This document shows positions 53,717 to 63,525 of a stretch of DNA of 64,000 nucleotides, in pieces. This DNA comes from an uncultured Aliarcobacter sp. (GTDB lineage Bacteria > Campylobacterota > Campylobacteria > Campylobacterales > Arcobacteraceae), in NCBI GenBank assembly GCA_963677435.1, contig OY781945.1:672001-736000 (forward strand), in the 5' to 3' direction. Every line of letters begins with the position of its first letter. The stretch's first letter is position 1. Position numbers and translations under genes: made by a program. A model generated the notes under the pieces. The model saw only the letters and a list, made by a program, of their open reading frames with translations. It was not told the DNA's origin and ran no database searches.

Positions 53717-54589
53717 ATGAAAAAAAGTACCCATGAAAAAAGAGCAAAAATTGCAAATGATGTTATGAACTATATTTATAAATATATAGATACAGATATA
53801 AATATAGATGAATTAAGTATAGAATTAAAAGTAAGTAAGTTTCATCTTCATAGAATTTTCAAAGAAGAATTTGGAAAAAATATCTATGAAAGTATAAAAT
53901 CTATAAGACTTCAAAAAGCTTCAAATCTATTGATAACAAATAAATATTCAACAATTACAGATATATCAAGTATGTGTGGATATAGTTCTCAAACTTCATT
54001 TTTACGAGCATTTAAACAAAGATTTGAAATGACACCAAAAATTTGGAAAAGTGGTGGATACAAAGATTACTCAAATAAAATAGTTGAAAAAATCACAAAT
54101 CAAAATAAGAGTATCACTATTTTTGATATAGAACCTGTTATTGTAAAAATGCCAGAAATCAAAGGTTATTATATAAGACATCAAGGTTATGATGTAAGTA
54201 TCAAAAAAACTTGGCAGAAATTACAAACATGGATTTATACAAATGATATAAAAGAGTACAAACAGATGGCTTTGCACCACGATAATCCAATTATAACTCC
54301 ACTTGAAGAGTGTCAATATATTGCAATTGTAACCCTTGAAAATGAAGATTTAAAAGATGTTTCTCTTCCTAGTTTAATTATTCCAAAAGGGGTTTATGCA
54401 AAATTCTCCCTTAGTGGAAGATATGGGGATGTAATAAAACTTATTCAGTGGGTTTATCATTATTGGTTAATTGATAGTGGTTATGAAACAACGCCAAACC
54501 CTTCATATACTATTTATCAAAAAAATCATTTTCTAAGTAGTGACGAAGAGTTTATTTTGGATTATTATTTACCTATTAAATATGTGTGA
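53717..54589 (+). CDS. AraC family regulator with GyrI-like effector domain; start reassigned to 53717
   Basis: SKFHLHRIFK, IRLQKA and GYSSQTSFLRAFK HTH motifs; C-terminal HDNP...C.Y, GVYAKF, WLIDSGYE. Confidence 0.9.
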   Translation: MKKSTHEKRAKIANDVMNYIYKYIDTDINIDELSIELKVSKFHLHRIFKEEFGKNIYESIKSIRLQKASNLLITNKYSTITDISSMCGYSSQTSFLRAFKQRFEMTPKIWKSGGYKDYSNKIVEKITNQNKSITIFDIEPVIVKMPEIKGYYIRHQGYDVSIKKTWQKLQTWIYTNDIKEYKQMALHHDNPIITPLEECQYIAIVTLENEDLKDVSLPSLIIPKGVYAKFSLSGRYGDVIKLIQWVYHYWLIDSGYETTPNPSYTIYQKNHFLSSDEEFILDYYLPIKYV

Positions 54590-55459
54590 AAGGCTTTTGA
54601 ATTTTACTTCTGCAATAATAGTTGCAAGTACAATTAAAATAGCCCCACTTATTTGAATGTTTGTTAATAACTCACCAACTGATAAAAAAGCAAAAATAGA
54701 AGCGCTCACGGGTTCCATTGCAAAGATTACAGCCGTTTTTGTGGCACTTGTGAATTGTTGCATATATGTTTGAATTAAAAAAGCATAAACAGTTGCAAAT
54801 ACTGCTGTAATTAAAACAGCTTTAAAAAATGCATAATCATAAGATAAATTAAATGTAACATCATCAAGAAGAAGTGAAAAGCCTAAAGATAACACAGCAA
54901 CTGTAATTAATTGAAATAAAACTAATAAAAATACATTTACCTCTTTTGAAAACTTTCCAGTGTAAATTATTTGTAAGGCAAATAAAAATGCACACATCAA
55001 AGTTAAAAGCTCACCTTTTCCTATTGTTAATGCGCCAGACATAGTTAGAAGATATAAACCAATTACAGCTATAAATGTGGCAATTAAAACATTTTTTTTA
55101 ATATGGTCTTTAAAAATAAAATATGCTAAAAAAGGAACACAAATTACATTAAGTCCTGTAATAAAAGCAACAATAGAGCTTTTTGTATAACTTAATCCAA
55201 AGGTTTGAGTTGCAAATGCACTAAATAAAAATATTCCAAGAATAATTCCATAAAAAATAGTTTTTTTATTAATTTGGTTTAAAAATCTAAACGCAATAAA
55301 AAACATTAAAATAGACGCAATTGCAAATCTAAAAAATAAAAAAGCATAAACAGGCGTTGTATTAATAGCATCTTGAACCATTAAAAATGTAACACCCCAT
55401 GCAATGGCAACAGATAAAAGTAGTAAATCTGCTCTTAATTCGTATAATTTTGACTTCAA
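54569..55459 (-). CDS. EamA/DMT family transporter
   Basis: AIAWGVTF, FRFAIA, QTFGL, AFITGL, EPVSA. Confidence 0.92.
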   Translation of the reverse strand: MKSKLYELRADLLLLSVAIAWGVTFLMVQDAINTTPVYAFLFFRFAIASILMFFIAFRFLNQINKKTIFYGIILGIFLFSAFATQTFGLSYTKSSIVAFITGLNVICVPFLAYFIFKDHIKKNVLIATFIAVIGLYLLTMSGALTIGKGELLTLMCAFLFALQIIYTGKFSKEVNVFLLVLFQLITVAVLSLGFSLLLDDVTFNLSYDYAFFKAVLITAVFATVYAFLIQTYMQQFTSATKTAVIFAMEPVSASIFAFLSVGELLTNIQISGAILIVLATIIAEVKFKSLSHIFNR

Positions 55460-55610
55460 AATATTCCTTTAAAAATTAAAGCCGAGATTATATCACATTT
55501 ACAAAATTGTATATTATGTATAAATTGTATATAAATTATATGATTATGGCAGAAAAATTAAATAAAACTTTAGATATGATTAATCTTTAATAAATAAAAA
55601 AAGAGTATTG

Positions 55611-56351
55611 ATGTCAGATAACATAATTTCGATGGTAAATATTAATAAATTTTATGATGATTTTCATGTATTAAAAAATATTAATTTTGCTGTAAAAAAA
55701 GGTGAGATAGTAGTAATATGTGGACCCAGTGGTTCAGGTAAATCTACACTAATTAGGTGTATAAATGGATTGGAAGATATCGATGATGGTGATATAATTG
55801 TTGATTCAATTGATATCCATGGAAGCAAAAAGAATCTTCAAGAAATAAGAAGTGAAGTTGGAATGGTATTTCAACATTTTAATCTTTTTCCACATCTTAC
55901 AATTTTAGAAAATATCACAATAGCACCAACTTTAGTAAAAAGTATGGATAAAAAAATTGCTAAAGATGTAGCTATGGAATTACTTAAAAAAGTAAAACTA
56001 TCAGATAAGGCAAATGCGTATCCTGCTGATTTAAGTGGTGGACAAAAACAAAGGGTTGCCATTGCAAGAAGTTTAGCAATGAAACCAAAAATAATACTTT
56101 TTGATGAACCAACATCTGCACTTGACCCTGAAACAATAGGTGATGTATTATCAGTTATGAAAGATTTAGCACAAGAAAATTTTACAATAGTTTGTGTTAC
56201 TCATGAAATGGGATTTGCAAAAGAAGTAGGGGATAGAATAGTATTTATGGATCATGGTGTGATTATTGAAGAAAATAGTCCCGCAGAATTTTTTAATAAC
56301 CCCAAAAGTGAAAGAGCTAAAAAGTTCTTAAATGAAATTTTAACACATTAA
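55611..56351 (+). CDS. Polar amino-acid ABC transporter ATPase (GlnQ-like)
   Basis: [45 protein letters not shown]. Confidence 0.95.
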   Translation: MSDNIISMVNINKFYDDFHVLKNINFAVKKGEIVVICGPSGSGKSTLIRCINGLEDIDDGDIIVDSIDIHGSKKNLQEIRSEVGMVFQHFNLFPHLTILENITIAPTLVKSMDKKIAKDVAMELLKKVKLSDKANAYPADLSGGQKQRVAIARSLAMKPKIILFDEPTSALDPETIGDVLSVMKDLAQENFTIVCVTHEMGFAKEVGDRIVFMDHGVIIEENSPAEFFNNPKSERAKKFLNEILTH

Positions 56352-56362
56352 AAGGAGAAGAT

Positions 56363-57208
56363 ATGATGAAAAAAAATGGAATCCTGCATGCAGGTAAAAA
56401 GTTGGTAATGTTGATTTTAGCATTCACATCGTTAAATATGTTTGCTGCTGATTTAGATTTATGGAAAAATTCAACTTTGAATAAAATTGTTCAAAAAGGT
56501 GAATTAAGAGTTGGTTTAGAACCAGGTTACATGCCTTTTGAAATGAAAGACAAAAAAGGTGAAGTTATAGGTTATGATGTTGATATGGCTAAAAAAATGG
56601 CTAAAGAATTAGGTGTTAAATTAACATTAGTTCCAACTGCATGGGATGGAATTATCGCTGGTTTAATAACTGATAAATACGATATTATTATATCTGGTAT
56701 GACTGTTACTCAACAAAGAAATTTAGAAGTAAATTTTGCAAATCCATATTTAGTTGTAGGGCAAACTGTTCTTATGAATAAATCATTAGAAGGTAAAATT
56801 AAAACTGCACAAGAGTTAGATAAACCAGGATATACAATTGTAACAAAACTTGGAACTTCGGCTGAAATTGCAATCAAAAAATTCTACAAAAATGCAAAAA
56901 TCGTTACATTTGAAACTGAAGCAGATGCTGTTAGTGAAGTTTTAAATAATAATGCAGATGCATTTGTTTATGACCAACCATACAATCTTTTATTTATGGC
57001 TGACAAAGGTAAAGATAAATTAGTTCATTTAGATAAAGCATTAACTTATGAACCATTAGCATGGGCAATTAGAAAAGGTGATCCAGATTTTTTAAATTGG
57101 TTAAATAATTTCTTAAGACAATGTCAAGAAGACAAAGTTGTTGACTTCTCAAATGAGTTATATAATAAATGGTTAGTTGATACTACTTGGCTAAAAAGAG
57201 TTCAATAA
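56363..57208 (+). CDS. Polar amino-acid ABC substrate-binding protein (family 3)
   Basis: Signal peptide; YMPFE, GYDVD, WDGIIAGL, SGMTVT. Confidence 0.93.
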   Translation: MMKKNGILHAGKKLVMLILAFTSLNMFAADLDLWKNSTLNKIVQKGELRVGLEPGYMPFEMKDKKGEVIGYDVDMAKKMAKELGVKLTLVPTAWDGIIAGLITDKYDIIISGMTVTQQRNLEVNFANPYLVVGQTVLMNKSLEGKIKTAQELDKPGYTIVTKLGTSAEIAIKKFYKNAKIVTFETEADAVSEVLNNNADAFVYDQPYNLLFMADKGKDKLVHLDKALTYEPLAWAIRKGDPDFLNWLNNFLRQCQEDKVVDFSNELYNKWLVDTTWLKRVQ

Positions 57209-57211
57209 TAT

Positions 57212-58180
57212 ATGTCAAAAAAGCATCAATCATTAGCACAAAATAAAAACTTAGGGCATCTAATTGCCCTAATGTTTTATGTAGTTGTAGGATATTTTTT
57301 ATATATTGCTGCATCAAACATGAACTATGTTTGGAAATGGAACTCTATTCCTGATTATTTTGTATATACTGAAACAAAAACAGTTGAAGCATCTGTAGAT
57401 GGGAAAATTGTACTTGATAATGGTATTTATTATATACAAAATAATAAAGAAAAAACTCAATTAGCTTTAGATAATACTTATAAATTTTCTTATACTGTAG
57501 GAGAAGATGTTTATGAGGGTGATACTATTGCTAAAAAATCAATAAGAAAAACAGGTCCTGTTTTAAATGGACTTTGGGTTACTTTAAAAATATCTTTTTT
57601 TGCTGCTATCTTAACTCTTTTTATAGGGATAATAGTTTCTTTAATGAAATTATCAAGTTATCAATTTTTAAAAGATATTGCAACAGTTTATATTACAATT
57701 GTTAGAGGGACACCTTTACTTGTTCAGATATTTTTATTTTACTTTATAGTTGCAAATATATTTGAATTAGATAGATTCGTAGCAGGGGTTTTAGCTCTTG
57801 GAATTTTCTTTGGTGCTTATGTTGCTGAGGTTTTAAGAGGTGCAATTCAATCAATAGACAAAGGTCAACTTGAAGCTTCTAAATCTTTAGGGATTTCAAA
57901 TTTCCAAGCTATGCGATATATTATTTTGCCACAAGCTTTCAAGCGAGCATTACCTACACTTGTAGGAGAGATGATTGCTTTAGTTAAAGATTCTTCATTG
58001 GTTTCAGTTATTTCTATTACAGATTTAACAAAAGTTGGTAAAGAGATTGTTGCAAATACTTTTTCACCATTTGAAACATGGATAGTTATTGCTTTAGTTT
58101 ATTTAACAATTACTTCTACAATGAGTTATATTGGACACATTATTGAGAAAAAAATGGCTTCAAAAGGTGGAATGAGTTAG
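57212..58180 (+). CDS. Polar amino-acid ABC permease
   Basis: RGTPLLVQ, AEVLRGAIQSIDKGQLEA, ILPQA, KDSSL. Confidence 0.94.
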   Translation: MSKKHQSLAQNKNLGHLIALMFYVVVGYFLYIAASNMNYVWKWNSIPDYFVYTETKTVEASVDGKIVLDNGIYYIQNNKEKTQLALDNTYKFSYTVGEDVYEGDTIAKKSIRKTGPVLNGLWVTLKISFFAAILTLFIGIIVSLMKLSSYQFLKDIATVYITIVRGTPLLVQIFLFYFIVANIFELDRFVAGVLALGIFFGAYVAEVLRGAIQSIDKGQLEASKSLGISNFQAMRYIILPQAFKRALPTLVGEMIALVKDSSLVSVISITDLTKVGKEIVANTFSPFETWIVIALVYLTITSTMSYIGHIIEKKMASKGGMS

Positions 58181-58815
58181 TGGATAACTTTTCTGCTTTT
58201 TTACAACAATCAATTACTTTTTTTGCAATTTTAGACCCAATTGGAATAAGTGCAATTGCCTTGTCAATACTTAGTACAAATATTACAAAAACACAAATGA
58301 ATACTGTTGCATATAAAGCTACTATTACTATTTTAGTAGCTTTTTTTGTAGTAATTATTAGTGGAGATTTGGTTTTAAAACTTTTTGGAATAGATGAAAA
58401 CTCATTAAAAGTAATGGGTGGAATTATTCTAATTTTAATGGCTATTTCTATGGTAAATGGTTCAGTTGAAAAAAAAACTTCAAAAGATTCAGGCGATGAT
58501 AAAAAAAATGAAGAGTTATCAGTAATACCAATTGGAATTCCAATTGCTTTTGGTACTGGATTATTTACAACTATTGTTATTTTTAAACACCAAGCTCAAA
58601 GTGCATTAGATTTATTATCTATTTCAGTTGCTTTTTGTTTAAATGCTTTAGTATTTTATTTGATACTTAGAAACTCAATCTACATAAAAAAATATTTAGG
58701 TCTTACTGGACAAAATATTATTACAAAATTGATGGGATTAATTGTTGGAGCTATTGCTGTACAATTTATCATTGGTGGTATAGTAGCCCTATCAAAAAGT
58801 TATCTGGGTGCTTGA
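58180..58815 (+). CDS. MarC family membrane protein
   Basis: ILDPIG, LFGI...GGIIL, IPIGIP, KLMGLI. Confidence 0.9.
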   Translation: MDNFSAFLQQSITFFAILDPIGISAIALSILSTNITKTQMNTVAYKATITILVAFFVVIISGDLVLKLFGIDENSLKVMGGIILILMAISMVNGSVEKKTSKDSGDDKKNEELSVIPIGIPIAFGTGLFTTIVIFKHQAQSALDLLSISVAFCLNALVFYLILRNSIYIKKYLGLTGQNIITKLMGLIVGAIAVQFIIGGIVALSKSYLGA

Positions 58816-59422
58816 TATATACTTAAAAGGCTTTATAGTAACTATCTCTTTGATAGTTGCTATTGGTGCTCAAAATGCCTATGTACTTAAGCTAGGACTT
58901 TTAAAACAGTATGTTTTATTGGCTGTTAGTTTATGTATCTTATTTGATTTTATTCTAATTAGCCTTGGTGTTTTTGGTTTAGGATATTTTATTCAAGACA
59001 ACCAACTTTTAATAAATATTATTGCAATTATCGGAATAGTTTTTTTATGTGTATATGCAATACTATCTTTTAAATCTGCTTTTAAAAATGAGAGTTTACA
59101 AATAGATGGAGATGTGAAAACAAATCCAGTAAAACAAGTTATAACTCTAATTCTAGTTTTTACTTTTTTAAATCCACATACTTATTTGGACACTATTTTA
59201 TTAATTGGTGGAATTGGTGCAAATATTGCAGATGATTTAAAAATTTATTTTTTATTAGGCGCTGTTAGTGCTTCTGCTACTTGGTTTTTTTCATTAGGAT
59301 TCGGAGCAAGATTTTTAATTCCACTATTTAAAAAGCCCATAACTTGGAAACTACTCGATATTAGTATTGGTTTTTTGATGTTATTTATTGCTTACTCTTT
59401 AAAAGATTTGATAGTTTATTAG
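58808..59422 (+). CDS. LysE/ArgO family amino-acid exporter
   Basis: LIVAIGAQNAYVL, TFLNPHTYLDT. Confidence 0.93.
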   Translation: MLDIYLKGFIVTISLIVAIGAQNAYVLKLGLLKQYVLLAVSLCILFDFILISLGVFGLGYFIQDNQLLINIIAIIGIVFLCVYAILSFKSAFKNESLQIDGDVKTNPVKQVITLILVFTFLNPHTYLDTILLIGGIGANIADDLKIYFLLGAVSASATWFFSLGFGARFLIPLFKKPITWKLLDISIGFLMLFIAYSLKDLIVY

Positions 59423-59452
59423 TTATAATTATTTCACTAAAAGGGAATAATA

Positions 59453-60229
59453 ATGAACAATAATACAAGTTTAGAAAAAATAGGCTGCTTTAAAACAATT
59501 CTTGACCCATATAATGGAATAACTATAAATAGTATAGATTTACCATCTTCAAAAGATGAGTTTGAGTTAAACCTTGATTTTTTAATAAATGAAGTTGAAA
59601 ACAAAAGATTTTTAATTTGGATTTATATAGATATAAAAAAATCAGATTTTATTCCAATTGCTACAAAAAAAGGATTTTTTTTCCATTCTTGCGATGAAGA
59701 TTATATATTAGTTGTAAAAGCACTAAAAGAAGATGCAATAATCCCAACAGCTTCAAATCATACTTTAGGAGTTGGCGCTGTTGTTATAAATGACAAAAAT
59801 GAACTATTAGTAATCAAAGAGAGAATTTCAAATGTTGGATATAAACTTCCAGGTGGTCATATTGATAACCGTGAGATGATTTCAAGTGCTGTAAAAAGAG
59901 AAGTTTTAGAAGAAACAGGAATAGATGTTGAGTTTGAGTCAATTGTCTCTTTAGGGCACTTTTATCCTCACCAATTTTATAAATCAAATTTATATATTTT
60001 ATGCACAGCAATTCCTAAAAGTTTTGAAATAAATATAAAAGATACTCAAGAGATTATTGATGCTAAATGGATGGATGTGGATAGTTATTTAGAGGATATA
60101 AATGTTTCTGACTATTCAAAAGCAATAGTTTTAGCAGCAATAAGTTTTAAAGGTCTAAAAAGAGCAAATCAAGAAGTTCTTTGTCATATTAAAAAAGATT
60201 TTGAACTATTTTTCCCAATAGAAAGTTAG
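59453..60229 (+). CDS. Nudix hydrolase (NUDT6-like, with N-terminal extension)
   Basis: Complete Nudix box GHIDNREMISSAVKREVLEETGI; HTLGVGAVV. Confidence 0.9.
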   Translation: MNNNTSLEKIGCFKTILDPYNGITINSIDLPSSKDEFELNLDFLINEVENKRFLIWIYIDIKKSDFIPIATKKGFFFHSCDEDYILVVKALKEDAIIPTASNHTLGVGAVVINDKNELLVIKERISNVGYKLPGGHIDNREMISSAVKREVLEETGIDVEFESIVSLGHFYPHQFYKSNLYILCTAIPKSFEINIKDTQEIIDAKWMDVDSYLEDINVSDYSKAIVLAAISFKGLKRANQEVLCHIKKDFELFFPIES

Positions 60230-60322
60230 AAGTTTGTATAATACAAAAAATTAAAGGCTTTGTTATTAAAATCTTTAGGTTTTCTCGAAGAGAGTTTAAC
60301 AACAAGCTATAAAAGGATTAAA

Positions 60323-60706
60323 ATGAAAACTATTATTTCAACACCAAAAGCACCAAGCGCAATCGGACCATATAATCAAGCAACAGCATTTGATAAATTA
60401 ATTTTTACATCTGGACAAATTGCATTAAATCCACAAACTATGGAAATAGTTGAGGGTGGAGTTCAAGAACAGACAAAACAAGTTATGGACAATCTAAAAG
60501 CAGTTTTAGAAGAAGCAGGAAGCTCTTTTGAAAATGTTTTAAAAACTACTTGTTATTTATCAGACATGGATAACTTTGTAGCTTTCAATGAAATCTATGC
60601 ACAATACTTCAAAGGTGAAACTGCACCTGCAAGATCTACAGTTGCTGTTAAAACTTTACCTAAAAATGTTTTGGTTGAAGTAGATACAATCGCTTTTAAA
60701 AACTAG
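60323..60706 (+). CDS. ridA: RidA family enamine/imine deaminase; start reassigned to 60323
   Basis: APSAIGPYNQA, SGQI, PARS, LPKNVLVE; AAGGA SD. Confidence 0.93.
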   Translation: MKTIISTPKAPSAIGPYNQATAFDKLIFTSGQIALNPQTMEIVEGGVQEQTKQVMDNLKAVLEEAGSSFENVLKTTCYLSDMDNFVAFNEIYAQYFKGETAPARSTVAVKTLPKNVLVEVDTIAFKN

Positions 60707-60722
60707 AATTTCCTAGTTTTTA
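60698..60722 (+). terminator. Terminator after ridA
   Basis: taaaaactag / ctagttttta inverted repeat. Confidence 0.55.
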
Positions 60723-60821
60723 ATTTAATAATTTTCTAAACAAAAAATAGTTGACATAAATAATAAAATCTTGTAATATAATATAAAAATTATAATTTTT
60801 ATTTAATGACAATTTAGGAGT

Positions 60822-62888
60822 TTGATGTATAAAAGTAATTCTTATTATCAAGAGGTTTTTGAAAATATTACAGAAGCTATTTTTTTATTAGAAGGTCAAA
60901 ATTATGTTAATGCTAACTCATCTGCGTTATCTCTTTTTAAAATAAAATCAAAAGAAGAACTCTTTTTATATCATCCTTTTCAATTAGCCCCTGAGTATCA
61001 ACCTGATGGTGAATTATCATCTAAAAAAGCTAAAAAAATGGTAGCTATTTGTCATAAAAATGGTGAACATACATTTGAATGGGTATCAAAATCCACTGAT
61101 GGAGATTTACTCTTTGTAGAAGTAAATTTGAAAAAAGTACTCATAGACGACAAAGAACTAATAATTAGCAAATTAAAAAATATTGAAAATAGAAAAAATA
61201 CAGAAAAAGAGTTAATAAAACAAAAACAGATAATTGAACAAAAAGATGAATACATTCAAAAAATAAATGAAATTTTATTAGAAAATAAAGATAACGAGAA
61301 TTTACTTGAATCATTAATTTTATTAGAAGGTTATAAAAAAGCTCTTGATGAAAGTTCAATAGTTTCAAAAACAGATTTAAAAGGTGTTATTACTTATGTA
61401 AATGATAACTTTTGCGAAATTTCAGGATATAAAAAAGAAGAATTAATTGGTGAAAATCATAATATTATCAGACATCCAGATACTGAAAAAGATTTTTTTA
61501 AACACTTATGGGAAACAATAAATAATAAAAAAGTATTCAAAGGTGTAATTAAAAATAAGAAAAAGAACGACCAAGCATATTATGTAAATTCTACTATTAT
61601 TCCTATATTAGATAAAAATAATGATATTCTTGAATATATAGCCATTAGAAATGATATTACATCTTTATTTGAGAAAGATGAATTAATTTATGAACAATTT
61701 ACAGATGAATTAACCTCTTTACCAAATAGACAAAAACTCTTAAAAGATTTAAAAAAATTAGTTAATCCAAAACTTGCAATTATCAATATTGATAGATTTA
61801 AAGATATAAATAACTCTTATGGTATAGAAATAGGGGATGAAATATTAAAAAGATTTGCAAAAAGATTGATGATTTTTAAAAGTACAAATTTGAATATTTA
61901 TCGAATTTCAGGAGATATATTTGCCTTTTTAGCTTTTGGTAATTTTAAAATAGAAGAATTACGAAAAACATCTATTAATCTTATTACTTTATGTGATAGA
62001 GAAAGTTTTATCATCGAAGATAATAGTTTTGATATCTCTTTTACAATAGGAATGGCTGATTCTGATGAAAAGTTATTAACTCATGCAGAAATAGCACTAT
62101 TTTGGGCAAAAAAAATTAATATAGATATTGGAGTTTTTGATGAGCAAATGCCAATATACAGAGAATTAAAGAAAAATATACAGTTAACAAAAGATATAAA
62201 ACAAGCATTAAAAGATGATAGTATTTTGATGTATGGACAAAAAATTATAAATAATAAAACAAAAGAGATTAAATACGAAACATTGATGAGAATGCAACTT
62301 CCTAGTGGAAATATTTTATCTCCTTTTGTATTTTTAGAACATGCAAAAAAAGCAAGACTTTATCCTATGATGACAAATAAAATGATTGAAAAATCTTGTG
62401 ACTACTTTAAAAATAAAGATACGATTTTTTCTATAAATTTAATGATAGAAGACATTAAAAATGAAAAAACAGTAAATTTCTTATTTACAAAATTAATGGA
62501 AACAAATCTTGCAAATAGAGTTATTTTAGAAATAGTAGAATCTGAGGGAATTGAGAAATTTGAAGAGGTTGGAAATTTTATCAGAAAAGCCAAAGCACTT
62601 GGTTGTAGCGTTGCAATTGATGATTTTGGAACAGGTTATTCAAATTTTGAATATATTATAAAATTAAATGTAGATTTTCTAAAAATAGATGGTTCTTTGA
62701 TTAAAAATATTCATATAAATGATAATGTTAGATTAACGGTTTCTACTATTGTAAACTTTGCTAAGGTGCTTGGTATTCAAACTGTTGCAGAGTATGTGCA
62801 TTGTCAAGAGGTTCAAGATGTTGTGGAGTCTTTGGGAATAGATTTTTCACAAGGTTATTTATTTCATGAACCTGAGCATTTGGTTTAG
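60822..62888 (+). CDS. PAS-PAS-GGDEF-EAL protein, probable c-di-GMP phosphodiesterase
   Basis: Two PAS domains; DELTSLPNR; degenerate SGDIF; ETLMR, DDFGTGYS, KIDGS, AEYV, QGY. Confidence 0.92.
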   Translation: MMYKSNSYYQEVFENITEAIFLLEGQNYVNANSSALSLFKIKSKEELFLYHPFQLAPEYQPDGELSSKKAKKMVAICHKNGEHTFEWVSKSTDGDLLFVEVNLKKVLIDDKELIISKLKNIENRKNTEKELIKQKQIIEQKDEYIQKINEILLENKDNENLLESLILLEGYKKALDESSIVSKTDLKGVITYVNDNFCEISGYKKEELIGENHNIIRHPDTEKDFFKHLWETINNKKVFKGVIKNKKKNDQAYYVNSTIIPILDKNNDILEYIAIRNDITSLFEKDELIYEQFTDELTSLPNRQKLLKDLKKLVNPKLAIINIDRFKDINNSYGIEIGDEILKRFAKRLMIFKSTNLNIYRISGDIFAFLAFGNFKIEELRKTSINLITLCDRESFIIEDNSFDISFTIGMADSDEKLLTHAEIALFWAKKINIDIGVFDEQMPIYRELKKNIQLTKDIKQALKDDSILMYGQKIINNKTKEIKYETLMRMQLPSGNILSPFVFLEHAKKARLYPMMTNKMIEKSCDYFKNKDTIFSINLMIEDIKNEKTVNFLFTKLMETNLANRVILEIVESEGIEKFEEVGNFIRKAKALGCSVAIDDFGTGYSNFEYIIKLNVDFLKIDGSLIKNIHINDNVRLTVSTIVNFAKVLGIQTVAEYVHCQEVQDVVESLGIDFSQGYLFHEPEHLV

Positions 62889-62893
62889 TGAAT

Positions 62894-62924
62894 CTACTTT
62901 TTCTTTTTAGTAAAGAAAAAGTAG
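62894..62924. terminator. Hairpin after the EAL gene
   Basis: ctactttttcttt / aaagaaaaagtag 13-bp stem. Confidence 0.6.
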
Positions 62925-62947
62925 CAAAAAGAAAAGCGTTCGCGAAG

Positions 62948-63093
62948 TTTCAAAATAGCTAAAAAATTTATAGAAATTCTAAAATTTACTGTGCTTGCAC
63001 TCTCTTTGAGAAAACTCGACTCCGTGCCTTCGTCTCAAACAGTTCAAATTTCTTTACGAATTTATATAAATTTTTCTTTACGCTATTTTGAAA
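62948..63093. repeat. Long nested palindrome, MITE/REP-like
   Basis: Nested arms tttcaaaatagc/gctattttgaaa, aaaaatttata/tataaattttt, aaattc/gaattt, tttgaga/tctcaaa. Confidence 0.6.
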
Positions 63094-63109
63094 ATGTTCA
63101 CATTTAAAA

Positions 63110-63505
63110 TCAATTTAATATCCATTCTTTTTCAATTCTAGATAACATTAAAGATATTTTCTCTTTTCGTACATAAAAATCAGAATTTTTCATTCCTCCT
63201 ATTATCGTTTGTCCTGAATTAAATACTATTTTCTTTTCTTCTTCATTTAAATTATCTTTTATAAAACCCCAATATGAAGAAAATTGAATATCTTCAATAT
63301 TTTCTGCTTTATCTAGTACTTGTCTAAGATTTGAAATTAAATTAATTCTATATTCTAATATCTTTTGTTTATTTTCATATTTAAATTTAATCTTTGGCCC
63401 AAGGTAAATTGAAATAAGTCCAGATATAAGACCTGATATAATAGTTATTAATGCTAATATAATAGGTGATAATTCTTTTGTAGTCGTTAACCATTCCTTA
63501 TCCAT
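63110..63505 (-). CDS. Hypothetical protein with one N-terminal TM helix
   Basis: 131 aa; AAGGA SD; 20 nt downstream of the tex stop. Confidence 0.7.
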   Translation of the reverse strand: MDKEWLTTTKELSPIILALITIISGLISGLISIYLGPKIKFKYENKQKILEYRINLISNLRQVLDKAENIEDIQFSSYWGFIKDNLNEEEKKIVFNSGQTIIGGMKNSDFYVRKEKISLMLSRIEKEWILN

Positions 63506-63525
63506 AATTGTTCCTTTTGTGTTAT

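Noticed and set aside
760..62593. Numerous 60-140-aa antisense ORFs in the track (e.g. 760-1092, 13949-14371, 30435-30755, 51911-52261)
   Set aside because: They lie opposite well-supported genes, lack recognisable motifs, and are expected shadows of codon bias.
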